From an uncultured virus (IMG/VR IMGVR_UViG_3300009507_000010) (taxonomy: Duplodnaviria; Heunggongvirae; Uroviricota; Caudoviricetes): 20,000 bases of DNA. Positions 8,495 through 16,956 of this stretch are shown here, piece by piece (the stretch's first letter is position 1; every line of letters starts with the position of its first letter). The translations under genes were made by a program, and so were the position numbers. The notes under the pieces are model-generated. The model was not told the DNA's origin, did not search any database, and saw only the letters and a program-made list of their open reading frames with translations. Where the stretch lies: the IMG/VR virus record IMGVR_UViG_3300009507_000010; one strand, 5' to 3'.

Positions 8495-9128
8495 GTATCC
8501 AATCTTTGTTAAAGTTAATGACACGCTTCATGCCCCAACTTTCTAATAGTTGTACAGCAGGAAGCGTTTCTCTATCTTCCTGATATTCGTGATTTTGTTG
8601 TTCAACAATCATCATAGGACGATTACGTAGTATAGTTTCTTTTGCTCCATTAAGGATCGGAACTTCATATCCTTCGCAATCAACTTTAATTAAATCAACT
8701 TCGTTAAATACAAAACTATCAAGAGTACGCATAGGAGTTTTGCCCTTACCGAAACTGTTAGGATTAACGTGACTATGTCCAGTATTATCAGGAGTAATAA
8801 TCATATCAATTTCACTTTCAACTTCGCCTAGTGCAACAGGGTGTAGTGTATAATTGTCATGCTTCGTATTTTTAAACAAGCAATCTTGAAAGTCATTTAC
8901 AGGTTCAAACGAATGTACATGATCAAAATCTTTTACAAGATCCATAGTCCATAAACCTACATTAGCACCTATGTCTAGAGCAAGTCGTTTAGATTCTAAT
9001 AAGCTAATTGCGTGGTCTCTTACACGATGTTGATAGCGTACACAGTTATCTTTTTTAAGACTTTTGTCTAGCATACGTTGAAAATGAGTTTCTACATCAG
9101 GGAGAAATATTCCTAAGTGTTCTATCAT
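8484..9128 (-). CDS. FkbM-family SAM-dependent methyltransferase
   Basis: ALDIGANVGLW, VHSFEP, VALG, TLDSF, DLIKVDCEGYEVPILNGA. Confidence 0.85.
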   Translation of the reverse strand: MIEHLGIFLPDVETHFQRMLDKSLKKDNCVRYQHRVRDHAISLLESKRLALDIGANVGLWTMDLVKDFDHVHSFEPVNDFQDCLFKNTKHDNYTLHPVALGEVESEIDMIITPDNTGHSHVNPNSFGKGKTPMRTLDSFVFNEVDLIKVDCEGYEVPILNGAKETILRNRPMMIVEQQNHEYQEDRETLPAVQLLESWGMKRVINFNKDWILTW

Positions 9129-9961
9129 TTCCAGTAATCCTCTGTTCTAGTAACCATAATATCTTTCTTATCAGACTTGCCTTTGTCTTTACGTCCGCCT
9201 TTCATATGGTCAATCCATTTTCCTAACGGTCCGTTAATCAAAGGATGTCCGCCACCGCCCGACTTTGCTTCTCTAAGATACATGTCTGCACTATAGTCAT
9301 GTGATGGAAATTCTTTATACTTCTTTAGTAGCTCGCCAAACACATAACTGTCGTGCCATTCGTCGAGTGTAAAGATACCGTTCTCTGCATCTTCGTACAT
9401 ACGTTCAAAGTCTTCTAAGAAGCTGTGGCACACAGGATGATTTAAGTTCATACCATAGAAGCCGCACTCAGGCCAAGTCTGTGATCCTTTGCCTCTGCCT
9501 ACATATGTAATGTAAGCATTGTCAGGTAACAGCTCACTAAACTGTTCGTAACTCCAATCACTGTGTACAAACGTATCTGCATCCATCCATACACACCAAC
9601 CCTTAGAGCGTGTACAAGCGTCATATACTGCGTATGTTTTATTAGCAAATCTAACAGCATCCCACTTGAATTCTTTCATCCAATCGCGACGTGTGTGACG
9701 CTGTGGTTCATTACTAACATCGCCATTAGCTTTAGGAACATTGCCCCACTTTTCTTTAAATGCATTTAGTTTAGGTAACGCTTGTTTTGCGTCAATGATT
9801 TCAATGCGATCTGGATCAGGGTTATTAGGTTTACAATCTTCTGCATATACCAACAACTTAATACGCTTGTCTACCCTTGCTGCAAAACTGTCTAAAAATC
9901 TTTGTCCGTATTTTGTTAATCCTGCTGGGTGAAAAGTTGTAACCACAGTTATTGCTGGCAT
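9125..9961 (-). CDS. GT-A nucleotide-diphospho-sugar transferase-like protein
   Basis: Start reassigned to ATG 9961 (SD AAGGA upstream on minus strand). ITVVTTF, WDAVRFANK, DxD motif VWMDADT, ECGF, EWHDSYVF, DHMKG. Confidence 0.65.
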   Translation of the reverse strand: MPAITVVTTFHPAGLTKYGQRFLDSFAARVDKRIKLLVYAEDCKPNNPDPDRIEIIDAKQALPKLNAFKEKWGNVPKANGDVSNEPQRHTRRDWMKEFKWDAVRFANKTYAVYDACTRSKGWCVWMDADTFVHSDWSYEQFSELLPDNAYITYVGRGKGSQTWPECGFYGMNLNHPVCHSFLEDFERMYEDAENGIFTLDEWHDSYVFGELLKKYKEFPSHDYSADMYLREAKSGGGGHPLINGPLGKWIDHMKGGRKDKGKSDKKDIMVTRTEDYWK

Positions 9962-9970
9962 GTTAAATCC

Positions 9971-10001
9971 TTTGTTAAATATAGTATAGGTATTTAACAA
10001 A
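9971..10001. promoter_or_regulatory. Bidirectional element: 11-bp inverted repeat carrying a TAAATA box on each strand
   Basis: TTTGTTAAATA (9971-9981), 9 nt spacer, TATTTAACAAA (9991-10001), between divergent genes starting at 9961(-) and 10001(+). Confidence 0.7.
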
Positions 10002-10840
10002 TGAAATTTAGTTTATGGACAAATTATGGCGCACTTAATAGCAGACCGGTGTTTGATGCTTTTGCAAATAGTATTATGGATGCTGGGCATACTGTTAGTT
10101 ACAATGATAACACTGCCGACATTGATGTTATTTGGAGTGTGCTTTTCCACGGCCGCATGGCTAGAAACAAAACTATCTGGTGCAACAAAAAGCCTACTAT
10201 AGTTCTCGAAGTAGGCGGCATACAACGTGGCACAACTTGGAAGGTAGGACTCAATGGAATTAATAGAGATGCTTATTTTGGTCCCGTGGGGAATAGCAGT
10301 AACCGTGCTAATCTTCTTGGACTTGTTTTAAAACCTTGGCAAACAGACAGTGAATATATTCTTATATGTGGACAACACGATAAGAGTTTACAGTGGCAAG
10401 GCATGCCAAGTATGAGCGATTGGTTTATGCAAACTTACAGAGAAATCCGCAAGCATACTGATCGTCCGATAATATTTAGACCGCATCCGCGATGTCAGCT
10501 ACCACATATTATAGAACTAGGACTAAAAAATGTTTACAGACAAAATCCTATAAAGATAGACGGCTCGTACGATGACTTTGACATGCAGTTTGACCGTGTA
10601 CACGCTACTGTAAGCTGGAGTAGCAATCCAGGTATACACAGTGTACTCAACGGCGTTCCAGCGTTTGTAGGGCCCAGCTCGTTGGCGTATGACGTATCTA
10701 TAAAGACACTTGCCAACATAGACAATCCTCCAGTAGTAGACAGACAGCAATGGCTTAATGACTACGCACACACTGAATGGACTGTTGAAGAAATTTCTCA
10801 AGGAATACCTTTAAAACGCTTGACATCTAAACTGTTTTAG
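10001..10840 (+). CDS. Putative GT-B glycosyltransferase, KpsC/KpsS-like (paralog 3)
   Basis: IVLEVG, ILICGQHDKSLQW, IRKHTDRPIIFRPHP (HP motif), VSWSSNPGIHSVLNGVPAF, DRQQWLNDYAHTEW. Confidence 0.6.
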   Translation: MKFSLWTNYGALNSRPVFDAFANSIMDAGHTVSYNDNTADIDVIWSVLFHGRMARNKTIWCNKKPTIVLEVGGIQRGTTWKVGLNGINRDAYFGPVGNSSNRANLLGLVLKPWQTDSEYILICGQHDKSLQWQGMPSMSDWFMQTYREIRKHTDRPIIFRPHPRCQLPHIIELGLKNVYRQNPIKIDGSYDDFDMQFDRVHATVSWSSNPGIHSVLNGVPAFVGPSSLAYDVSIKTLANIDNPPVVDRQQWLNDYAHTEWTVEEISQGIPLKRLTSKLF

Positions 10841-10848
10841 TATATAAT
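10820..10848 (+). promoter_or_regulatory. Consensus sigma70 promoter
   Basis: TTGACA 10820-10825, 17 bp, TATAAT 10843-10848; SD AAGGAG 10862-10867. Confidence 0.88.
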
Positions 10849-10875
10849 AGTAATATTACTAAAGGAGCATTATGG

Positions 10876-12060
10876 ATGTTAAACGTTACTGTAGAAGATT
10901 GTTTAGAACTTCTAACTGGTTTAAATAAAATAGAAAACTATAAATTTGAACTAGAAAGCTCTGACTACAATATTCTAACCAGTGTTGCTAGGCAAGTATT
11001 CAAAGGTGTTGCGCTGACTGATAGACAGTATGACATGTTAGCACAAAAGTTAGAGAAATATACTACACAGTTCGAAGCTCAAGGTATTGATTTAACAAAC
11101 GTATTAGAACGTAAAATTTTAAGAAATCCTTTTAGAGAAGTTGACCGAACACAGCGCATTTATATAGATAACAAACTTATTGTTGCACAATTTCCCTTTA
11201 ACAAGAAACTTATTTCTAAAATACAAAAACTTCGTGACGATGCTGACGGCCAAATTACCAATAATGAAAATAAATGGAAGTTTGAACTATCAGAAGGAAA
11301 CGTGTTGCTTATAGGAAAAACTTTAGACAAGTTTGAATTTTCAAATGAGTTTCAAGAGTTATTTGACCAAGTTAGTAGTTTTGTATACGAAGAACACGTT
11401 CCTGGAATATACAAAGAAGACAATCAGTATGTATTAAAGAATGTGCATCCAGACGCAATAAAAAATGTTACAACTGATTGCGGTCCTATTGATTCAAATG
11501 TTTTAAAGTATGTTGATCGCAGAAATCAATATGGCATTGTACACTGTGATGTAGAATCTACTCTTGACACTTTAGAAGAAAAAATAGCATATAGAAAGAC
11601 GTCATCAGTTTATATTCCAGATGACTATAGTATAGACGAACTTGTTGACTCTATCGAAACGCTAGGCAGATATCCTGTATTAGTTGTAGCAGACGAGACT
11701 AATTTAATTCACTTGTATGAATATTACAATAGCTTTTCAAGATATGTACCTAACAATAAACAGTCGGTGATGTTTCGTCTTTCTAACGAAACGCAAACAG
11801 AACGAAACTTTAACCAGTGGGTTAAAGATAACAAATTAAACAATTGGGTTGACAACACTACTAAAATAGTGTATATTAATGCTAGTAAAGTTCCTAAACC
11901 GGTACTAAAGAATTATGACCCTCAGTGTTTACTTAATTTGTCTACTAGTATTAGGACATATGGAGTTAAACAATTATGGTTAGAACACATTAGCGATTTA
12001 AGAATATTTTATGCAACCAAGCCTTTGGCTATGAGAAATATGGACACTATTACTAAATGA
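10876..12060 (+). CDS. Hypothetical protein upstream of helicase
   Basis: 394-aa ORF with promoter and SD; ATGA overlap with the helicase gene; no family motif recognised. Confidence 0.75.
   Translation: MLNVTVEDCLELLTGLNKIENYKFELESSDYNILTSVARQVFKGVALTDRQYDMLAQKLEKYTTQFEAQGIDLTNVLERKILRNPFREVDRTQRIYIDNKLIVAQFPFNKKLISKIQKLRDDADGQITNNENKWKFELSEGNVLLIGKTLDKFEFSNEFQELFDQVSSFVYEEHVPGIYKEDNQYVLKNVHPDAIKNVTTDCGPIDSNVLKYVDRRNQYGIVHCDVESTLDTLEEKIAYRKTSSVYIPDDYSIDELVDSIETLGRYPVLVVADETNLIHLYEYYNSFSRYVPNNKQSVMFRLSNETQTERNFNQWVKDNKLNNWVDNTTKIVYINASKVPKPVLKNYDPQCLLNLSTSIRTYGVKQLWLEHISDLRIFYATKPLAMRNMDTITK
11849..11877 (+). promoter_or_regulatory. Intragenic sigma70-like promoter upstream of helicase
   Basis: TTGACA 11849-11854, 17 bp, TATATT 11872-11877; about 180 bp before ATG 12057. 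Confidence 0.6.
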
Positions 12061-13520
12061 GTACCTGCAAACTAATTATTGAAGATGAAGTAAACATTAA
12101 GATTGAAGGTCTAGAAGTAGATGTTCGTCGACAACTTGCTAATGCTCTTAAGTTTGAAGTGCCGTATGCAAAGCATATGCCGCAGTATAAACTAGGACGC
12201 TGGGATGGTAAAGTTGCTTTCTTTGGTATTGGCGGCAGCGGATATGTTAATCACCTTGATGTAGTACAGCAAGTACTTGCAAAGAATCGAGTACAAATTG
12301 TTGACATTGAAGACAGACGCCATCCAATACAATTTAACTTTACTCCAGTTACAGAACGTTACTGGGCAGACCAAGGTGTTTGTTGGCCAGACGGTCATCC
12401 TGTAGCAGGTACAGAAATCATTCTACGTGACTATCAAGTAGAAGCAATTAATAACTTTCTACAAAACCCACAGAGCTTGCAACAGATTGCTACTGGTGCA
12501 GGTAAGACAATTACAACAGCAACGCTGTCACACATAACTGAGCCCTACGGTCGTAGTCTTGTTATTGTTCCTAACAAATCACTTGTTGAACAAACAGAAG
12601 AAGACTATATTAACTGTGGGCTTGATGTAGGGGTGTACTTCGGCGACAGAAAGAACTTAGGTAAGACTCACACTATTTGCACTTGGCAGAGTTTGAATAT
12701 TCTAGACAAGAAGCACAAGGACGGTTCAGCAGTGTTATCACTTGCAGAGTTCCTAGAAGGTGTAAGCACTATTATTGTTGACGAAGTACACCAAGCCAAA
12801 GCAGAAGTTCTTAAGAACCTGCTCACTCGCAACCTACGTAATGCACCCATTCGTTGGGGACTAACTGGCACAGTGCCCAAAGAGAAGTTTGAATTTGAAA
12901 GTATTCATGCTAGCTTGGGTCCTGTTATTGGACAGATTAGTGCTAAGGAATTACAAGACAAAGGTGTGCTATCACAATGTCATGTTAATATTGTACAATT
13001 AATTGATACTGTATCACACGCCGGCTATCAAGAAGAATTAAAATATCTTGTAACTAATACTGACAGGATTGAATACTTAGGCAAACTATTAAACAACGTA
13101 AAAGAATCAGGCAACACACTTATACTCGTAGATAGAATCAGCGCAGGACAAATGCTTGCTGAACTAATACCTAACAGCACGTTTATTAGCGGTGCTGTCA
13201 AAGTTAAAGACAGGAAGGAAACATATGATACAATTCGCGAAGGAACTAATGAAGTCATTATCGCAACCTACGGGGTCGCTGCGGTGGGACTTAATATACC
13301 TCGTATTTTTAACTTGGTGCTTTTGGAGCCTGGCAAATCATTTGTAAGGGTAATTCAAAGTATTGGACGCGGCGTAAGAATAGCAAAAGACAAAGACTTC
13401 GTGCAAATATGGGATCTTACATCAACGTGTAAGTTTGCGAAGCGACATCTAACTCAGCGTAAGAAATTTTACAAAGAAGCAGAATATCCCTTTACAATTG
13501 AAAAGGTAGATTGGAACTAA
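12057..13520 (+). CDS. uvsW: SF2 DNA helicase, UvsW-like
   Basis: Q motif LRDYQ, Walker A ATGAGKT, IVPNKSLVEQ, DEVH, GLTGT, AVGLNIP, QSIGRGVR; N-terminal WDGKVAFF typical of UvsW. Confidence 0.85.
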   Translation: MSTCKLIIEDEVNIKIEGLEVDVRRQLANALKFEVPYAKHMPQYKLGRWDGKVAFFGIGGSGYVNHLDVVQQVLAKNRVQIVDIEDRRHPIQFNFTPVTERYWADQGVCWPDGHPVAGTEIILRDYQVEAINNFLQNPQSLQQIATGAGKTITTATLSHITEPYGRSLVIVPNKSLVEQTEEDYINCGLDVGVYFGDRKNLGKTHTICTWQSLNILDKKHKDGSAVLSLAEFLEGVSTIIVDEVHQAKAEVLKNLLTRNLRNAPIRWGLTGTVPKEKFEFESIHASLGPVIGQISAKELQDKGVLSQCHVNIVQLIDTVSHAGYQEELKYLVTNTDRIEYLGKLLNNVKESGNTLILVDRISAGQMLAELIPNSTFISGAVKVKDRKETYDTIREGTNEVIIATYGVAAVGLNIPRIFNLVLLEPGKSFVRVIQSIGRGVRIAKDKDFVQIWDLTSTCKFAKRHLTQRKKFYKEAEYPFTIEKVDWN

Positions 13521-14027
13521 ATGCAAATATTAACATTAGAAAACACAACATACAATTTAAACAATCTTCCAGATAAAATTAACGATGACATACGGTTTGC
13601 TGTTTTAGATAACAATGTACCTGCAGAATCAGACTTTTACTGGATACCATTAATATTTTTGGAATCGTTTAATAGCCCGGCCATTGTGCTAAACATAGGC
13701 GGAACAGAAATAACAATGCCAATTGATTGGAACATAGTTGTTGGTTGTCAAGAAAGTGGCACCGACTTAGAAGTTATTCCACTAACAAGTGTAGCAGACA
13801 GAGGCTTTGATGTATTCCTCTTTAATCCACATACATCATTCGTAGCTCAGTGGGGAAGCCTTGAAGTAACAAACTTTTACAATGATGTGAAATGGTTCTT
13901 TCCTAAAATGAAAAATAATCAAATGCTAGCTGTTCCGCTAGAAGAAGGCAGTAATCCAATGTGTGCATTCTTCTGCAAAGACGTTAGTAGATCCAGCGAG
14001 CTAATAGATTTTGGAAACTTACTATGA
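13521..14027 (+). CDS. Hypothetical beta-rich protein
   Basis: 168-aa ORF abutting the helicase stop; no firm family assignment. Confidence 0.7.
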   Translation: MQILTLENTTYNLNNLPDKINDDIRFAVLDNNVPAESDFYWIPLIFLESFNSPAIVLNIGGTEITMPIDWNIVVGCQESGTDLEVIPLTSVADRGFDVFLFNPHTSFVAQWGSLEVTNFYNDVKWFFPKMKNNQMLAVPLEEGSNPMCAFFCKDVSRSSELIDFGNLL

Positions 14028-14599
14028 CATTATACAGCAAGGACTATACAAATCAACTTAAACAGTTGCACGAAAAGAAACAATCATTCGGCAGCCGAAC
14101 CGGACTAGGCGACATTCAACAATGGATTGAAAAGTATAATCCGGAGACCTTTTTAGACTACGGCTGCGGCAAAGGCGGACTAGTTAACACACTCAACGAC
14201 ATGATTCCAAATAGTTGTGTTGGTTATGATCCGGGCAATGCCGAGTACGCTGCTGAGCCGCCAGGTCCTGCAGAGATGCTTATTAGTACTGATGTACTAG
14301 AACATATCGAGCCCGAGTATATCGATGCTGTGTTACAACACATAGATAAACACTTTACTCGAGTAGCGTACTTGCTGATTGCAACTTGTCCTGCAAAGAA
14401 AAGTTTACCTGATGGCCGCAACGCACACTTAATTCAAGAAGAGCCAGACTGGTGGCGCCCTCTACTACTAAAAAATATTAATGCAAAGATTGTAGACGAA
14501 AAGTATAAACTAGGTACTTGGACTAATAAGAAGACTGGACAAGACCATCCAAACAACAAGTTTATCGTAGTATTAGAAAAGAGTAGCAATGGGAATTAA
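14024..14599 (+). CDS. Class I SAM-dependent methyltransferase
   Basis: FLDYGCGKG, GYDPG, ISTDVLEHIEP, GRNAHLI..WW. Confidence 0.85.
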   Translation: MTLYSKDYTNQLKQLHEKKQSFGSRTGLGDIQQWIEKYNPETFLDYGCGKGGLVNTLNDMIPNSCVGYDPGNAEYAAEPPGPAEMLISTDVLEHIEPEYIDAVLQHIDKHFTRVAYLLIATCPAKKSLPDGRNAHLIQEEPDWWRPLLLKNINAKIVDEKYKLGTWTNKKTGQDHPNNKFIVVLEKSSNGN

Positions 14600-14954
14600 G
14601 GCAGGAAAAATTTGGGGTTCAACTGAACTGATCCACGCTAACGGTGTACTAGAGTTTCATCGTATTGAATATAAAGCAGGATATAAATGTTCAGAACACG
14701 AACACGAATTTAAATGGAATGGATTTTTTGTTGAATCGGGCAAGATGATTGTTCGAGTTTGGCAAGATGATCAAGGACTAGTTGACGAGACTATTCTTGA
14801 AGCAGGCGACTTTACACAAGTAAAGCCCGGCAAGATCCATCAGTTTGAAGGTTTAGAAGACGGTGTCGCTTTTGAACTATACTGGGCGGAATTTAATCAC
14901 GATGACATTGTTCGTCGTACAAGCGGCACAGAAGTAGAAAGTAAAAAGAAATGA
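14589..14954 (+). CDS. Cupin-fold protein (sugar isomerase/epimerase-like)
   Basis: KIWG, CSEHEHEFKWNGFFVESG, VKPGKIHQF cupin motifs. Confidence 0.75.
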   Translation: MGIKAGKIWGSTELIHANGVLEFHRIEYKAGYKCSEHEHEFKWNGFFVESGKMIVRVWQDDQGLVDETILEAGDFTQVKPGKIHQFEGLEDGVAFELYWAEFNHDDIVRRTSGTEVESKKK

Positions 14955-15253
14955 AAGAATATTTTAATTTTAACGGCGTAGCAAAGCGTCAAGAGTTTTG
15001 GGCAGTGCATATTGTCTCAATTCTAGTACTGATTGTTGCTATGGCAATGCTAGAAGGTGCTGGAGCAGTGGGCGCACTTGCTGCATTAATTATCCTTGTT
15101 GGTGCATTTTGGGCAGTACTTGCTGTTACTGTAAAACGCATACGTGATGCAGGACTCAACACTTGGTGGTTACTAGCAGTGCTTGTTCCTTATGTAGGTA
15201 CAGTGGCTACTATTGTATTTGGTTGCCTTAGCAGCGCAGAGCAAGATGGCTGA
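14951..15253 (+). CDS. DUF805 (YhaH-like) inner-membrane protein
   Basis: YFNFNGVAKRQEFW, LAVTVKRIRDAG..WWLL..VPYVG; three hydrophobic segments. Confidence 0.8.
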   Translation: MKEYFNFNGVAKRQEFWAVHIVSILVLIVAMAMLEGAGAVGALAALIILVGAFWAVLAVTVKRIRDAGLNTWWLLAVLVPYVGTVATIVFGCLSSAEQDG

Positions 15254-15503
15254 TCTTCTTCCAGGAGAGGCATTGATATATGAGCGTAGCGACGGTGTTG
15301 TCTACGCTCATTATCGCGACAAGCCTGAGATACCGCGTTGGATCATAGGCGGCGATCCTGCAGGAGTAGCAAGGGCACAAGGTGACATGCTCAACTACAG
15401 TGACTGGCAAGACTTGTGTAGATTGTCAGAAGAGTATCCTACAATAAAAAAGCTCTTGGATCAAGTAGTTACAATGTATTACACAGTGAAGGACGACAAA
15501 TGA
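15246..15503 (+). CDS. Hypothetical protein
   Basis: ORF track 15213..15503; ATG 15246 (MADLLPGEALIYERSDG) gives a short overlap with the previous gene. Confidence 0.65.
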   Translation: MADLLPGEALIYERSDGVVYAHYRDKPEIPRWIIGGDPAGVARAQGDMLNYSDWQDLCRLSEEYPTIKKLLDQVVTMYYTVKDDK

Positions 15504-16276
15504 GAATCATAGCAGGACCGTGCCAACACGAATCGTTAGCACAGAGTGCAGAGATTGCTAAAGAATGTAAGCGTGTGTGCGACAAGTATGGCATTGAATA
15601 TTATTTTAAAGCCAGTTATGACAAAGCCAATCGTACAAGCGCAAACGGTGTGCGTGGTATGGGTATGGATGCTACACTCACAGACTTTTTAGCACTAAAG
15701 GTAACACTAGGTGTAAAGACACTTACTGACGTACACGACTATGTGCAAGTAAATCGCATTGAAAGAGAATTTAAAGATGCAGTTGATGTTTACCAAATTC
15801 CTGCGTTCTTGTGCAGGCAAACAGATTTGATTACAGCGGCGTGTGCTACAGATAAGATTGTAAATATCAAAAAAGGACAGTTCCTTGCACCTTGGGACGT
15901 CAAAGGTATACTAAGCAAAACAGAAGGTGCTAAAGAAGTATGGATAACAGAAAGGGGAACTAGTTTTGGATATAATACACTTGTCGTGGATTTCACTGGC
16001 TTACAGTATATGCTTGATACTTATGATGCTCCTATCGTGCTGGATGCTACTCACGCAGTACAGAAACCTGGAGGCAAGGGTGATAGTAGTGGCGGCAATC
16101 GTGATTATGTGCCTGGGCTCGCTCGCGCTGGGGCTGCTCTTGGGATCGACTCCTTCTTTATGGAAGTCCATGCTAACCCTGATCTAGCACCTAGTGACGG
16201 ACCTAATATGTTGCGACTAGAAGACTTTGAAAAAGTAGTAGAAGACATTGTTGCTATTAGGAGAGTTTTAAAATGA
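15500..16276 (+). CDS. kdsA: KDO8P synthase (2-dehydro-3-deoxyphosphooctonate aldolase)
   Basis: IAGPC, FKASYDKANRTS, QIPAFLCRQTDL, NIKKGQF, ERGTSFGYNTLVVDF, DATHAVQKPG, FMEVH, SDGPNM. Confidence 0.95.
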   Translation: MRIIAGPCQHESLAQSAEIAKECKRVCDKYGIEYYFKASYDKANRTSANGVRGMGMDATLTDFLALKVTLGVKTLTDVHDYVQVNRIEREFKDAVDVYQIPAFLCRQTDLITAACATDKIVNIKKGQFLAPWDVKGILSKTEGAKEVWITERGTSFGYNTLVVDFTGLQYMLDTYDAPIVLDATHAVQKPGGKGDSSGGNRDYVPGLARAGAALGIDSFFMEVHANPDLAPSDGPNMLRLEDFEKVVEDIVAIRRVLK

Positions 16277-16956
16277 ACAAGACAGCAATACTAATTCCTG
16301 CTAGGTACGGCAGCACCCGCCTTCCAGGCAAGCCATTGATATCATTAGATAATATTCCTATGATACGCAGAGTATATGAACGCTGCCGCAAGACAGGACT
16401 TGACACCTATGTACTAACTGATGACATGCGCATCTTTGAATTATTTGGCGCACATAACTGTTGGATCGAAGAAGTAGATTATGCTAACGGCACAGAACGA
16501 TGCGCAGGCGCGATACAAAATGATTTCTTTAAAAAATATAATAAGTTTATTAATGTACAAGGCGACATGCCCGATGTAACAGCTGAAGTGATTAACAAGT
16601 GTCACACACTGTTAGATTATTACAATGTGTCAACAGTATACGCAACTATGCCAAAGATGATGCAAGACGATCCTAATACTGTAAAGTGTGTACACGCAAG
16701 TGAACATGCACTTTGGTTTGGCAGAGGCATTACAGGATACGGCAGTTGGCACTTAGGCGTATATGGTTACAGACGCAACGCATTAGAAATGTATCCTACA
16801 TTGCCGGTACCAGAAGAAGAAAGAATTGAGCAATTAGAACAGCTCAGATGGTTAAAAAACTCTTGGCAGATCGGGATTAATCCTGTATACTATAAAGGAG
16901 TAGAGATAAACACACCCGAGGATGTAGAAACATGGCAGCAGAAAAACTCCCAATAA
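16273..16956 (+). CDS. kdsB: CMP-Kdo synthetase (3-deoxy-manno-octulosonate cytidylyltransferase)
   Basis: IPARYGSTRLPGKPL, NGTERC, INVQGD, DPNTVK, HLGVYGY, EQLEQLRWL, INTPED; ATGA overlap with kdsA. Confidence 0.92.
   Translation: MNKTAILIPARYGSTRLPGKPLISLDNIPMIRRVYERCRKTGLDTYVLTDDMRIFELFGAHNCWIEEVDYANGTERCAGAIQNDFFKKYNKFINVQGDMPDVTAEVINKCHTLLDYYNVSTVYATMPKMMQDDPNTVKCVHASEHALWFGRGITGYGSWHLGVYGYRRNALEMYPTLPVPEEERIEQLEQLRWLKNSWQIGINPVYYKGVEINTPEDVETWQQKNSQ

Noticed and set aside
9962..10000. ORF-track TTG starts at 10000 (-) and 19950 (-)
   Set aside because: They run through the promoter elements; downstream ATGs at 9961 and 19911 have SD-like sites.
3275..13520. Inteins or introns in uvsX and uvsW
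   Set aside because: Both ORFs have normal length and contiguous motifs; no splicing or homing-endonuclease signatures seen.
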